Below, piece after piece: positions 20,237 to 30,121 of a DNA stretch of 32,559 nt. This stretch comes from an uncultured Ruminococcus sp. (GTDB lineage Bacteria > Bacillota > Clostridia > Oscillospirales > Ruminococcaceae). The position numbers and the translations under genes are program-made. A model generated the notes under the pieces. It saw nothing but the letters and a program-made list of their open reading frames with translations, made no database searches and was not told the origin of the DNA. The first letter of the stretch is position 1. Every line of letters begins with the position of its first letter. The stretch spans positions 1 through 32,559 of the forward strand of contig URWK01000001.1 of assembly GCA_900551505.1 (NCBI GenBank), read 5' to 3'.

Positions 20237-20639
20237 GTATAGAAGAGTTCACAGAGGTCGTATGACAGGCAAGGCTTACAGAGGAAACAAAGTTTCATAC
20301 GGAGATTTCGGTCTTCAGGCTCTCGAACCGGCTTGGATTACTTCAAATCAGATAGAAGCTGCCCGTATCGCTATGACACGTTACATCAAGCGTGGCGGTC
20401 AGGTTTGGATAAAGATTTTCCCTGACAAGCCGGTTACACAGAAACCTGCCGGCGTAAGAATGGGTTCAGGTAAAGGTTCACCGGAATACTGGGTTGCAGT
20501 TGTTAAGCCGGGCAGAGTAATGTTTGAAATCGCCGGCGTACCTGAAGAAACAGCAAGAGAAGCTATGCGTCTTGCAATGCACAAACTTCCTATCAAGTGT
20601 AAGTTTGTAGCTAAGGAAACAGAAGGAGGAGAACAGTAA
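20214..20639 (+). CDS. rplP: 50S ribosomal protein L16 (uL16)
   Basis: 141 aa starting [24 protein letters not shown] lies 7 nt upstream, inside the rpsC 3-prime end. Confidence 0.97.
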   Translation: MLLPKRVKYRRVHRGRMTGKAYRGNKVSYGDFGLQALEPAWITSNQIEAARIAMTRYIKRGGQVWIKIFPDKPVTQKPAGVRMGSGKGSPEYWVAVVKPGRVMFEIAGVPEETAREAMRLAMHKLPIKCKFVAKETEGGEQ

Positions 20640-20830
20640 TGAAAGCTACTGAAATCAGAGAATTATCTGTACAGGAAATGACAACAAAGCTTGACGAACT
20701 GAAACAGGAACTGTTTGCACTCCGTTTCCGTCATGCTGTAAATCAGCTTGAAAACACAGCTCGCCTTAACGCTGTTAAGAAAGACATCGCTCGTGTAAAG
20801 ACTGTTCTCCGTGAACAGGCAACAAAGTAA
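20639..20830 (+). CDS. rpmC: 50S ribosomal protein L29 (uL29)
   Basis: 63 aa with [21 protein letters not shown]. The start overlaps the rplP stop. Confidence 0.95.
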   Translation: MKATEIRELSVQEMTTKLDELKQELFALRFRHAVNQLENTARLNAVKKDIARVKTVLREQATK

Positions 20831-20848
20831 GAAAGGGAGGATTTAGCT

Positions 20849-21106
20849 GTGTCTGAGAGAAACCTTAGAAAAACAAGAGTTGGTAAAGTTGTCAGCGACA
20901 AAATGGACAAGACAGTTGTTGTTGCAATTATCGACAACGTTAAACACCCGCTTTACAAGAAAATCATCAAGCGTACAGTGAAGCTCAAGGCTCACGATGA
21001 AGAAAATCAGTGCAGAATCGGTGACAAGGTTGAACTTATGGAAACTCGTCCACTTTCAAAAGATAAGAGATGGAGAGTAGTCAACATCATCGAAAGAGCA
21101 GAATAA
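20849..21106 (+). CDS. rpsQ: 30S ribosomal protein S17 (uS17)
   Basis: 85 aa with [22 protein letters not shown] start after GGGAGG. Confidence 0.96.
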   Translation: MSERNLRKTRVGKVVSDKMDKTVVVAIIDNVKHPLYKKIIKRTVKLKAHDEENQCRIGDKVELMETRPLSKDKRWRVVNIIERAE

Positions 21107-21160
21107 TATTTGTAACCCCGCTTCATTGTGAAGCGGAATGTTTGAGAGGAGGAACTTACT

Positions 21161-21529
21161 GTGATACAGATGCAGTCTTACCTTAAGGTAGCTGACAACA
21201 CAGGTGCTAAGGAACTCATGTGCATCAGAGTTCTTGGCGGTACACGCAGAAGATATGCAAATATCGGTGACGTGGTAGTAGCTTCTGTAAAGAAAGCAAC
21301 ACCCGGTGGCGTTGTAAAAAAAGGCGACGTTGTTAAAGCCGTTATAGTTCGTTCGGCAAAGGGTCTCAGAAGAGAAGACGGTACTTATATCCGTTTTGAT
21401 GAGAACGCAGCCGTTATTATAAAAGATGATAAGACCCCAAAGGGTACACGTATTTTCGGACCAGTTGCAAGAGAACTCAGAGATAAAGATTATCTCAAGA
21501 TTCTGAGCCTTGCTCCGGAAGTACTTTAA
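21161..21529 (+). CDS. rplN: 50S ribosomal protein L14 (uL14)
   Basis: 122 aa starting [21 protein letters not shown] start after GAGGAGG. Confidence 0.97.
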   Translation: MIQMQSYLKVADNTGAKELMCIRVLGGTRRRYANIGDVVVASVKKATPGGVVKKGDVVKAVIVRSAKGLRREDGTYIRFDENAAVIIKDDKTPKGTRIFGPVARELRDKDYLKILSLAPEVL

Positions 21530-21544
21530 TTCGGAGGTGTCAGA

Positions 21545-21883
21545 ATGAGTAAGTTACATGTAAAAACCGGTGACACAGTCGTATTGCTCACAGGTAAGCA
21601 CGAAGACAAGTACACCAAAACAAAAGCCAGAAAAACAGGTAAGGTTCTTGAAGTTTCCCAGAAGGAAGGAAAAGTTATCGTTGAAGGAATCAACCTCGTA
21701 ACAAAGCACATGAAGCCTTCAAGACAGGGAGAATACGGCGGTATTATTATGGCTGAAGCTCCGATTTACGCTTGTAAGGTACAGCTTGTTTGCCCTAAGT
21801 GCGGTAAGCCAACCAGAGTAGGTCACGAAAAGGACGGCAAGAGCGTTCTCAGAGTATGCAAGAAGTGCGGAGAAAAATTCTGA
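21545..21883 (+). CDS. rplX: 50S ribosomal protein L24 (uL24), Cys4 zinc-ribbon variant
   Basis: 112 aa with a KOW region ([14 protein letters not shown]). The C-terminal part carries CPKCG..(18 aa)..CKKCG. Confidence 0.95.
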   Translation: MSKLHVKTGDTVVLLTGKHEDKYTKTKARKTGKVLEVSQKEGKVIVEGINLVTKHMKPSRQGEYGGIIMAEAPIYACKVQLVCPKCGKPTRVGHEKDGKSVLRVCKKCGEKF

Positions 21884-21898
21884 TAGGAGGAGAAAGAC

Positions 21899-22438
21899 AT
21901 GGCTAGATTAAAGGAATATTATGTTAGCAGTGTAGCTCCTGCTATGATGAAAAAATTCGGCTACAAGAGCGTTATGCAGATTCCAAAGCTCGACAAGGTT
22001 GTTATCAACGTCGGTGCAGGTGAAGCTCGTGAAAACAGCAAGGTTATCGAAGCTATCATGAATGATATAGCGACAATAACAGGTCAGAAGCCTGTGGTTT
22101 GCCGTGCCAAGAAGTCAGTTGCTAACTTTAAGCTCCGTGAAGGTATGCCAATCGGCGTTAAAGTTACACTCAGAAGTGAAAATATGTATGAATTCGTTGA
22201 CAAGCTTTTCAATGTTGCTTTCCCAAGAGTTCGTGACTTCAGAGGAATCAATCCGAATTCATTCGATGGAAGAGGAAACTATTCTACAGGTATCAAGGAA
22301 CAGCTCATCTTCCCTGAAATCGAATATGACAAGATTGACAAGGTAAGAGGTATGGACATCAACTTCATTACAACTGCCAACACAGATGAAGAAGCAAAAG
22401 AGTTACTCACACTTCTGGGTGCTCCGTTTGCTAAGTAA
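21899..22438 (+). CDS. rplE: 50S ribosomal protein L5 (uL5)
   Basis: 179 aa with RLKEYY...[14 protein letters not shown] and FRG...FDGRGNY..G. Confidence 0.97.
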   Translation: MARLKEYYVSSVAPAMMKKFGYKSVMQIPKLDKVVINVGAGEARENSKVIEAIMNDIATITGQKPVVCRAKKSVANFKLREGMPIGVKVTLRSENMYEFVDKLFNVAFPRVRDFRGINPNSFDGRGNYSTGIKEQLIFPEIEYDKIDKVRGMDINFITTANTDEEAKELLTLLGAPFAK

Positions 22439-22457
22439 TATGGAGGGAAATGGTTAA

Positions 22458-22643
22458 ATGGCTAAAAAAGCAATGGTTCTGAAACAGCAGAGAACTCCGA
22501 AGTATTCAACCCGTGCTTATAACAGATGTAAAATCTGCGGAAGACCTCATGCTTATCTGAGAAAATATGGCATTTGCCGTATCTGCTTCAGAGAGCTTGC
22601 ACATGACGGTCAGATTCCGGGTGTGAAGAAAGCAAGCTGGTAA
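22458..22643 (+). CDS. rpsN: 30S ribosomal protein S14 type Z (zinc-binding uS14)
   Basis: 61 aa with [23 protein letters not shown] (CxxC..CxxC) and a terminal W. Confidence 0.96.
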   Translation: MAKKAMVLKQQRTPKYSTRAYNRCKICGRPHAYLRKYGICRICFRELAHDGQIPGVKKASW

Positions 22644-22667
22644 AAATATAAAGGAGGTCATTGGGCA

Positions 22668-23066
22668 ATGCAAATTACAGATACAATAGCAGATATTCTG
22701 ACCAGAATCCGCAATGCAAGCACTGCAAAGCACGCTACAGTTGACGTTCCTGCTTCAAACGTAAAGAAAGCAATTACACAGATTCTCGTTGACGAAGGAT
22801 ATGTAAAGGGCTTTCAGGTGATTGAGGACGGCAAACAGGGAATTATCAGAATAACTCTTAAATACACTGACAGCAAAACTCCTGTAATTACAGGTTTACG
22901 CAGAGTTTCAAAACCGGGTCTGCGTATTTATTCAAGTTGTGAGGATATGCCAAAGGTAAGAAAGGGTCTCGGAATCGCAATAGTTTCCACATCAAAGGGA
23001 ATTATGACAGACAAGAAGGCTCGTGAACTTAACGTAGGCGGAGAAGTCCTTGCATTCGTATGGTAA
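22668..23066 (+). CDS. rpsH: 30S ribosomal protein S8 (uS8)
   Basis: 132 aa with [13 protein letters not shown] and a C-terminal GGEVLAFVW. Confidence 0.97.
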   Translation: MQITDTIADILTRIRNASTAKHATVDVPASNVKKAITQILVDEGYVKGFQVIEDGKQGIIRITLKYTDSKTPVITGLRRVSKPGLRIYSSCEDMPKVRKGLGIAIVSTSKGIMTDKKARELNVGGEVLAFVW

Positions 23067-23081
23067 GGAGGTAAAAAAGCT

Positions 23082-23627
23082 ATGTCAAGAATAGGAAAAC
23101 AGCCAATAGTTGTTCCTGCAGGCGTAACAGTTACTAACAATAACAACCTCGTTACAGTAAAGGGAGCAAAGGGCGAACTTACAAAGCAGTTCTCAAAGGA
23201 ACTCACAATTGACGTTCAGGACGGACAGATTGTTGTTACACGTCCGACAGATGACAAGGAACATCGTTCACTTCACGGTCTTACAAGAACCCTCATCAAC
23301 AACATGGTAACAGGCGTTACAACAGGATTCTCAAAGACTCTCGAAATCGAAGGTGTCGGCTACAGAGCCGCTAAGCAGGGTAAGAACCTTGTAATGAACC
23401 TCGGTTACTCACACCAGGTTATCATGCCTGAAGGTAACGGAATCACAATTGATGTTCCTCAGCCAAACAAAATCGTAATCAACGGAATAGACAAGCAGGC
23501 AGTTGGCCAGTTCGCTGCCGAAGTACGTGAAAAACGTCCGCCAGAACCTTATAAGGGTAAAGGTATTCGTTATGAAGGCGAACACATTATCCGTAAGGAA
23601 GGTAAGGCCGGCAAGGGCAAGAAATAA
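23082..23627 (+). CDS. rplF: 50S ribosomal protein L6 (uL6)
   Basis: 181 aa with [12 protein letters not shown] and YKGKGIRY. Confidence 0.97.
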   Translation: MSRIGKQPIVVPAGVTVTNNNNLVTVKGAKGELTKQFSKELTIDVQDGQIVVTRPTDDKEHRSLHGLTRTLINNMVTGVTTGFSKTLEIEGVGYRAAKQGKNLVMNLGYSHQVIMPEGNGITIDVPQPNKIVINGIDKQAVGQFAAEVREKRPPEPYKGKGIRYEGEHIIRKEGKAGKGKK

Positions 23628-23646
23628 TTAAAGGAGTGAAATTGCA

Positions 23647-24006
23647 ATGGTAAATAAAGCTGATAGCAATAAGGCAAGACTTAAAAGACATCGCAGAGTC
23701 CGTGCCAAGATTTCCGGCACTCCGGAACGTCCTCGTCTTAACGTATTCCGTTCAACAAAACACATCTACGCACAGATTATTGATGATGTAAACGGAGTTA
23801 CACTCGCAGCTGCTTCAAGTATGTCAAAGGGCTTTGAAGGCGATGGCGGTAATATTGAAGGTGCAAAGAAAGTCGGAGAAATGATTGCAAAAGCTGCTCT
23901 CGAAAAGGGCATTTCAGAAGTCGTTTTCGACAGAGGCGGTTATCTCTACCACGGCCGTGTTAAAGAACTCGCTGACGGTGCAAGAGAAAACGGTCTGAAA
24001 TTCTAA
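23647..24006 (+). CDS. rplR: 50S ribosomal protein L18 (uL18)
   Basis: 119 aa with RHRRVR.KISGT.ERPRL.VFRS.KHIYAQ and [18 protein letters not shown]. Confidence 0.97.
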   Translation: MVNKADSNKARLKRHRRVRAKISGTPERPRLNVFRSTKHIYAQIIDDVNGVTLAAASSMSKGFEGDGGNIEGAKKVGEMIAKAALEKGISEVVFDRGGYLYHGRVKELADGARENGLKF

Positions 24007-24024
24007 TCAAGGAGGTAATAGATT

Positions 24025-24525
24025 TTGGCTAATATAGATGCTTCAAAATTAGAACTTTCCGAAAAGGTTGTCGCAATTAACCGTGTTTCAAAGACTGTAA
24101 AGGGCGGTAGAATTATGAAATTCGCAGCTCTCGTTGTAGTCGGTGACGGAAACGGTATTGTAGGTTTCGGACTTGGAAAGTCAGGAGAAGTTCCGGACGC
24201 TATCCGTAAGGGTATCGAGGACGCAAAGAAAAATCTTATCAAAGTTCCGCTCAAGGGTACTACTATCCCGCACGAAATCGTTGGAGAATTCGGTGCAGGC
24301 AGAGTTCTTATGAAGCCGGCTGCCCCTGGTACCGGTGTTATCGCAGGTGGTCCTGTTCGTGCCGTAATCGAAATGGCAGGCATCAAGGACATCAGAACAA
24401 AGTCCCTTCGTTCAAATAATCCATGCAATGTAGTAAGAGCTACAATCAACGGTCTTAGCTCATGCACTTCTGCCAAGGAAGTTGCTGAAAAGAGAGGCAA
24501 GACTGTAAAGGAAATTTTCGGTTAA
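24025..24525 (+). CDS. rpsE: 30S ribosomal protein S5 (uS5)
   Basis: 166 aa with [18 protein letters not shown] start 9 nt after AAGGAGG (24009-24015). Confidence 0.96.
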   Translation: MANIDASKLELSEKVVAINRVSKTVKGGRIMKFAALVVVGDGNGIVGFGLGKSGEVPDAIRKGIEDAKKNLIKVPLKGTTIPHEIVGEFGAGRVLMKPAAPGTGVIAGGPVRAVIEMAGIKDIRTKSLRSNNPCNVVRATINGLSSCTSAKEVAEKRGKTVKEIFG

Positions 24526-24538
24526 GGAGTGAATGACA

Positions 24539-24715
24539 ATGGCAAAGAAGATTACTCTTACAAAAAGCCTTATCGGCAGAAAGAAAGACCAGATTGCTAC
24601 AGCTCATTCTCTCGGTCTTAAAACAATCGGCGACAGTACAGTTCAGCCTGATAATGCCGCTACAACAGGAAAAATTACAAAAATTGCTCATCTCGTAGAG
24701 GTTGAAAACGCATAA
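24539..24715 (+). CDS. rpmD: 50S ribosomal protein L30 (uL30)
   Basis: The ORF track starts at 24533. The ATG at 24539 has better spacing (9 nt) from AAGGAG (24524-24529). Contains [16 protein letters not shown]...LGL. Confidence 0.93.
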   Translation: MAKKITLTKSLIGRKKDQIATAHSLGLKTIGDSTVQPDNAATTGKITKIAHLVEVENA

Positions 24716-24743
24716 TTACAGAATTAAGGAGGTGCGAAACACT

Positions 24744-25184
24744 ATGAAGCTTCACGAATTATCACCGGCTCCTGGCTCAACAAAGGACGTTAAGCGTATC
24801 GGCAGAGGTCACGGCTCAGGAAACGGCAAAACAGCCGGTAAAGGTCACAAGGGTCAGAACGCTCGTTCAGGCGGTGGCGTAAGAATCGGTTTTGAAGGCG
24901 GTCAGATGCCTATCACAAGACGTATTCCTAAAAGAGGTTTCAATAACATCTTTGCAGAAAAGTTTACAGTTATCAATGTAAGCGACCTCAACAAGTTTGT
25001 TGACGGAACTGTTGTTGATGATGAACTTCTTGTTGCATCAGGTCTTGTAAAGAAAAACAGTGTCGTAAAGGTACTCGGAAACGGAGAACTTACAGCAAAG
25101 AACCTTACAGTAAAGGCTGCAAAATTCTCTGAATCTGCAAAAGAAAAAATAGAGAAAGCAGGCGGGAAGGCAGAGGTGATGTAA
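24744..25184 (+). CDS. rplO: 50S ribosomal protein L15 (uL15)
   Basis: The ORF track starts at 24702. The ATG at 24744 lies 9 nt after AAGGAGGTG and gives the canonical N-terminus [29 protein letters not shown]. Confidence 0.95.
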   Translation: MKLHELSPAPGSTKDVKRIGRGHGSGNGKTAGKGHKGQNARSGGGVRIGFEGGQMPITRRIPKRGFNNIFAEKFTVINVSDLNKFVDGTVVDDELLVASGLVKKNSVVKVLGNGELTAKNLTVKAAKFSESAKEKIEKAGGKAEVM

Positions 25185-25185
25185 T

Positions 25186-26490
25186 GTGTTTCAGACTCTG
25201 AAAAAGGCTTGGCAAAGTCCGGATTTAAGAAAGAAGCTTTTATACACATTACTCATAATTGTTATTTTCCGTGTGGGCTGTGTAATCCCAGCCCCGTTCC
25301 TTGATGCGTCAGTAATGGCTGAGTGGATGAAAAGTAATGCTTCAGACGGCAACTTCCTGAATTACCTTGATGTACTGACAGGTGGTGCGTTGTCAAAGGC
25401 AACTCTTTTCTCACTCTCAATTACACCGTATATCAATGCATCAATCATAGTCCAACTTCTGACATATGCACTTCCTCCGTTGGAGCGACTGTCGAAGGAA
25501 GGTTCTGAAGGACAAAAAACCATTAACAAGATTACAGCGTTTGTATCATTGTTCTTAGCAGTCTTTATGGCATTTGCCTACTATCTGACCTTAAAGAGAG
25601 CCGGAGCAGTGAGATATACAGACGGATTTGAAGGGGTATTCGCAGCGTTTGTAATTGTAGCCGTATTCATAGCGGGTTCATCGCTTGTTATCTGGTTCGG
25701 CAACAGAGTAAACGAAAACGGTATAGGAAACGGAGTTTCCATAATTCTTCTTGCCGGTATCATTGCAAGAGGTCCGTCAGACGTTATTACAATGATTAAG
25801 CTTGCAATCGAAGAGCCAAATCCTTATGTATTCGTTGTACCGCTTGTAATTATACTTTTCGTAGCGATAATTGCATTTATCGTATTCATGAACAACGCAG
25901 AACGCAGAATACCGATTCAGTATGCTAAACGTGTTGTTGGAAGAAAACAGTACGGCGGACAGAACACTCACATTCCGGTTAAGGTTTGTATGAGTGGTGT
26001 TATGCCGATTATCTTTGCAATGGCGTTCATGTCATTGCCTGCAACACTGGGACTTTTCTTCCCACCTGAAAAATCGGAAGGTTTTTACTATCACTTCCTT
26101 AAATTTTTCAGCACACAGAGTATCTCATATGCAATTATTTATTTCGTACTGATTATTGCATTCAATTACTTCTATGTTTCAATGCAGTACAATCCGATAG
26201 AGATAGCCAACCATCTGAGACAGGCTAACGGCGGTATTCCGGGAATCAGACCGGGTAAACCTACAGCAGACTTCATTCAGAGGGTTCTCTCAAAAATTAC
26301 GCTTGTCGGAGCATTTTTCTTAGGAATTATAGCAATTTTCCCTATATTCTTTGCGAAAGCACTTCCAAGTCTCGGCAATCTTTCAATGGGCGGAACATCG
26401 GTTCTTATCGTTGTAAGCGTAGCACTTGAAACAGTTCGTACATTGGAATCCAGCATGATGATGGAAACACATAAAGGATTTCTTGAATAA
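25186..26490 (+). CDS. secY: Preprotein translocase subunit SecY
   Basis: 434 aa, 10-TM-type profile, conserved position after rplO. GTG start 6 nt after GAGGTGA. Confidence 0.96.
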   Translation: MFQTLKKAWQSPDLRKKLLYTLLIIVIFRVGCVIPAPFLDASVMAEWMKSNASDGNFLNYLDVLTGGALSKATLFSLSITPYINASIIVQLLTYALPPLERLSKEGSEGQKTINKITAFVSLFLAVFMAFAYYLTLKRAGAVRYTDGFEGVFAAFVIVAVFIAGSSLVIWFGNRVNENGIGNGVSIILLAGIIARGPSDVITMIKLAIEEPNPYVFVVPLVIILFVAIIAFIVFMNNAERRIPIQYAKRVVGRKQYGGQNTHIPVKVCMSGVMPIIFAMAFMSLPATLGLFFPPEKSEGFYYHFLKFFSTQSISYAIIYFVLIIAFNYFYVSMQYNPIEIANHLRQANGGIPGIRPGKPTADFIQRVLSKITLVGAFFLGIIAIFPIFFAKALPSLGNLSMGGTSVLIVVSVALETVRTLESSMMMETHKGFLE

Positions 26491-26516
26491 GCAACAATAA
26501 AGGGAGGTAAATCAAC

Positions 26517-27149
26517 ATGAACTTAATTTTACTCGGAGCACCAGGTGCAGGAAAAGGCACACAGGCAGAGGTTATCTCAGAGGCTCTCGGTATTCCGCAG
26601 ATTTCTACAGGAAATATCCTCAGAGAAGCTGTTAAAAACGGTACTGAATTCGGCCTCAAAGCAAAGACAGCAATGGAAAGCGGAGCATTGGTTTCCGATG
26701 AAGTTGTTATCGGTATTCTCAAGGACAGAATCGCAGAGGACGACTGCAAGAACGGATTTATTCTTGACGGTTTCCCGAGAACAGTTCCTCAGGCTGAAGC
26801 CCTTGAACAGATGGGCGTAAATATTGATAAGGTTATCGAAATTTCCGTTCCTGACGAAACAATCCAGAAAAGACTTTCAGGCAGACGAGTATGTGAAAAA
26901 TGCGGAGCATCTTACCATACAGAATTCAAGCCTACAAAGATTGAAGGAACTTGCGACAAGTGCGGCGGTGCTACAGTAATCCGTAAGGATGACCAGCCGG
27001 AAACCGTAATTGAACGCCTTAATGTTTATCATGAACAGACAGCTCCTCTTAAAGATTTCTATGCAAAGCTTGGAAAACTTGAAACTGTTATAGGTCAGGA
27101 AGAAGTCGCAGATACTTCAAAACTGACACTGAAAGCTGTAGGAGCTTGA
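26517..27149 (+). CDS. adk: Adenylate kinase (zinc-lid form)
   Basis: 210 aa with P-loop GAPGAGKGTQ. LID domain has CEKCG...CDKCGG (Cys4). Confidence 0.97.
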   Translation: MNLILLGAPGAGKGTQAEVISEALGIPQISTGNILREAVKNGTEFGLKAKTAMESGALVSDEVVIGILKDRIAEDDCKNGFILDGFPRTVPQAEALEQMGVNIDKVIEISVPDETIQKRLSGRRVCEKCGASYHTEFKPTKIEGTCDKCGGATVIRKDDQPETVIERLNVYHEQTAPLKDFYAKLGKLETVIGQEEVADTSKLTLKAVGA

Positions 27150-27156
27150 AGACACT

Positions 27157-27906
27157 ATGATTAATATTAAATCAAATACCGACCTCGAAAAGATGAAGGA
27201 AGCAGGCAGGATTACAGGTGCTGCTCTCAAACTTGCGGGTGAATCGGTAAAAGCAGGCATGACAACATTTGCACTTGACAGAATCATTCATGACTATATC
27301 GTGAAATGCGGAGCAAAGCCCTCTTTTCTCAATTACGGCGGATTTCCTGCCAGTGCCTGCATTTCTATAAACGATGAAGTAATCCACGGCATTCCGAGCA
27401 AGAATAAGGTTATTCACGAAGGCGACATTGTAAGCGTTGACGTAGGTGCTTATTATAAAGGTTTTCACGGCGACAGCTGTGCAACCTTCCCTATCGGGGA
27501 AGTATCCGATGAAGCGAAAGACCTTCTGAAAGTAACCGAAGAAAGCTTGTATTATGCAATTGAAAAAGCTCAGGTAGGCAACCGCCTCGGTGATGTCTGC
27601 CATGCGGTTCAGGAATACTGCGAGGGAAGAGGCTACTATATTGTAAAGAACTACTGTGGTCACGGAGTCGGCAGAGAACTTCATGAATCACCTGAAGTAC
27701 CGAATTACGGAAAGCCCGGTCATGGTCCTAAGCTTGTTGCCGGAATGGTAATCGCCATCGAACCTATGATTAATGTTAAGGGCGAAGGTGTCAGAGTGCT
27801 TCAGAACGGTTGGACAGTAGTAACACAAAGCGGTTCACTTTCTGCTCATTTTGAACATACCATAGCTATTACTCCGGACGGCCCTGTCATTCTGACAGCC
27901 AGATAA
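27157..27906 (+). CDS. map: Methionine aminopeptidase type I
   Basis: 249 aa. Pita-bread-fold motifs (VIHGIP, DIVSVDVG, GHGVG..HE, IEPM, FEHT). Conserved position after adk. Confidence 0.96.
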   Translation: MINIKSNTDLEKMKEAGRITGAALKLAGESVKAGMTTFALDRIIHDYIVKCGAKPSFLNYGGFPASACISINDEVIHGIPSKNKVIHEGDIVSVDVGAYYKGFHGDSCATFPIGEVSDEAKDLLKVTEESLYYAIEKAQVGNRLGDVCHAVQEYCEGRGYYIVKNYCGHGVGRELHESPEVPNYGKPGHGPKLVAGMVIAIEPMINVKGEGVRVLQNGWTVVTQSGSLSAHFEHTIAITPDGPVILTAR

Positions 27907-27921
27907 TTAAGGAGTCAGGCT

Positions 27922-28179
27922 GTGGAAGCTAAAAAAGGTCTGTTAGTAAAGTCGGTTGCCGGTCATGACAAAGGCTACTTTGTCATCGTTAAGACTGAAA
28001 ATAATTTTGTGTATCTTGCCAACGGAAAGTCAAGGAAACTTGACAATCCGAAGCGTAAGAACATAAAACATATAAGGCTTACCGTTAAGGAAATCGTGCT
28101 TGAAGAAATGACAGACAGGAAGCTCAGAAAACTGTTAAACGAATACAGTACCCGTTCAGAAGAAAGTGCAGGTGAATAA
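27922..28179 (+). CDS. Small KOW-domain-like protein (uncharacterised; commonly annotated as a KOW domain-containing RNA-binding protein in Clostridia)
   Basis: 85 aa. GTG start after AAGGAG. KOW-like GLLVKSVAGHDKGYFVIV followed by a basic segment. Sits between map and infA. Confidence 0.75.
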   Translation: MEAKKGLLVKSVAGHDKGYFVIVKTENNFVYLANGKSRKLDNPKRKNIKHIRLTVKEIVLEEMTDRKLRKLLNEYSTRSEESAGE

Positions 28180-28182
28180 GTT

Positions 28183-28401
28183 TTGTCAAAAGAAGATTCA
28201 ATCGAACTTAAAGGCGTTGTCGTTGAGGCAATGAGAAATGCAACCTTTAAAGTGAAATTGCCGAATGACCATATAATTCTTGCACATTTATCAGGTAAGC
28301 TCAGAACAAATTTCATAAGAATTGTTCCGGGTGACGAGGTTACAGTTGAAATGTCACCTTACGACCTGACGAAAGGCAGAATCACATGGAGAGCAAAGTA
28401 A
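28183..28401 (+). CDS. infA: Translation initiation factor IF-1
   Basis: 72 aa with [21 protein letters not shown]...[30 protein letters not shown] start 7 nt after AGGTGA. Confidence 0.96.
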   Translation: MSKEDSIELKGVVVEAMRNATFKVKLPNDHIILAHLSGKLRTNFIRIVPGDEVTVEMSPYDLTKGRITWRAK

Positions 28402-28455
28402 TTTCTACTTTGAATAAATTCATATAAACATCGGACAGTTGTCCGTAAGCGATAA

Positions 28456-28581
<126 letters not shown>

Positions 28582-28649
28582 TCAGCATTAACCGCTAATC
28601 ATCAGAAAATCAGAAGTTTTTAAAATCTATATGGAGGTGCAACAAATTA

Positions 28650-29018
28650 ATGGCAAGAATAGCTGGTATTGACCTGCCAAAGAATAAGAGAGTTGAAATC
28701 GGTCTTACTTATATCTACGGCATCGGTCGTCAGACTGCTACTACTATCCTGAAAGAAACAGGTGTAAACCCTGATACAAGAATCAAGGACCTTTCAGAAG
28801 ACGATGTAGCAAAGCTCCGTGAATATATTGACAAGCACTATACAGTTGAAGGTGACCTCAGAAGAGAAGTTGCTCTTAACATTAAGAGACTCGTTGAAGT
28901 TGGTTGCTACAGAGGCGTAAGACACAGAAGAGGTCTTCCGGTAAGAGGTCAGAGAACAAAGACTAATGCAAGAACTCGTAAGGGTCCTGTAAAGACTATC
29001 GCTAATAAGAAGAAGTAA
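28650..29018 (+). CDS. rpsM: 30S ribosomal protein S13 (uS13)
   Basis: 122 aa starting [26 protein letters not shown]. Confidence 0.97.
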   Translation: MARIAGIDLPKNKRVEIGLTYIYGIGRQTATTILKETGVNPDTRIKDLSEDDVAKLREYIDKHYTVEGDLRREVALNIKRLVEVGCYRGVRHRRGLPVRGQRTKTNARTRKGPVKTIANKKK

Positions 29019-29033
29019 GGAGGGATTTGAACA

Positions 29034-29438
29034 ATGGCACAGCAGAAGGGTAAAAAGGTTACAACTATCAGAAGACGTAGAGAACGTAAGAACATTGAAA
29101 ATGGTGCGGTTCATATCCAGTCAACTTTCAATAACACTCTCGTAACAATCACAGATACTCAGGGAAATACAATTTCTTGGGCTTCAGCAGGTGGTCTCGG
29201 TTTCAAGGGTTCAAGAAAGTCAACTCCGTTCGCTGCACAGTCAGCTGCTGAAACTGCTGCAAAGGCTGCTATCGAACACGGCCTTAAATCAGTTGAAGTT
29301 TACGTTAAAGGACCTGGTTCAGGACGTGAAGCTGCTATCAGAGCACTCCAGACTGTTGGTCTTGAAGTTAAGATGATTAAGGACGTTACTCCGATTCCGC
29401 ACAACGGATGCCGTCCGCCAAAAAGAAGACGTGTCTAA
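29034..29438 (+). CDS. rpsK: 30S ribosomal protein S11 (uS11)
   Basis: 134 aa with [18 protein letters not shown] and a C-terminal [16 protein letters not shown]. Confidence 0.97.
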   Translation: MAQQKGKKVTTIRRRRERKNIENGAVHIQSTFNNTLVTITDTQGNTISWASAGGLGFKGSRKSTPFAAQSAAETAAKAAIEHGLKSVEVYVKGPGSGREAAIRALQTVGLEVKMIKDVTPIPHNGCRPPKRRRV

Positions 29439-29456
29439 TCAGGAGGTGTATTTACA

Positions 29457-30053
29457 ATGGCAGTAAGCAAAGAACCAATACTCAAAAGATGCAGATATCT
29501 TGGAATAAGCCCAACTGTTATGGGTATTGACAAGAAGTCAAAGAGAAACCCTAATGCAAACAGCAGAAAGAAAGTTTCAGAATACGGTATGCAGCTTAAA
29601 GAAAAGCAGAAGCTCAAGTTCATCTACGGTGTACTTGAAAAGCAGTTCTACCACTACTTTGAAATTGCTTCAAATATGGAAGGCAAAGCCGGTGATAACC
29701 TTATCACTTGTCTTGAAAGCCGTCTTGATAACGTTGTTTTCAGAATGGGTCTCGCTCTCACAAGACGTGAAGCAAGACAGCTCGTTTGTCACAGACACTT
29801 CACCGTTAACGGTCAGAGAGTAAACATTCCGTCATACAGAGTTAAAGTCGGTGATGTAATCGCCCTTCACGAATCAAGCAGAACACTTGACAAGTTCAAG
29901 GACGTTGTTGAACAGACTTCAAGCAGAACAGTTCCTATGTGGCTTGAAGCTAACAAGGAAAATTTCTCTGCAAAGGTTGTAAGAATGCCTAAGACTGAGG
30001 ACCTCGATTACGAAGTTGAAGCTCACCTCATCGTTGAGTTGTACTCCAAGTAA
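29457..30053 (+). CDS. rpsD: 30S ribosomal protein S4 (uS4, non-zinc form)
   Basis: 198 aa with an S4 RNA-binding domain (LESRLDNVVFRMGLA.TRREARQLV.H.HF.VNG.). The N-terminus has only one Cys. Confidence 0.97.
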   Translation: MAVSKEPILKRCRYLGISPTVMGIDKKSKRNPNANSRKKVSEYGMQLKEKQKLKFIYGVLEKQFYHYFEIASNMEGKAGDNLITCLESRLDNVVFRMGLALTRREARQLVCHRHFTVNGQRVNIPSYRVKVGDVIALHESSRTLDKFKDVVEQTSSRTVPMWLEANKENFSAKVVRMPKTEDLDYEVEAHLIVELYSK

Positions 30054-30121
30054 TATCATAGTCGTCCGAATGATTGAAGACATAAGCTGTAAAGTGATTG
30101 CGAAAATAGGAGGGTTTTTGA

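Noticed and set aside
24003-24500. 165-aa ORF antisense to rpsE
   Set aside because: It is a shadow ORF fully inside a highly conserved r-protein gene. It has a low-complexity Pro/Ser/Thr/Ile-rich product, no SD, and would collide with the operon transcript.
27172-27684. 170-aa ORF antisense to map, with a nested 66-aa ORF
   Set aside because: It is entirely antisense to a conserved CDS, with no RBS and no recognisable motif. This is typical of stop-poor antisense frames.
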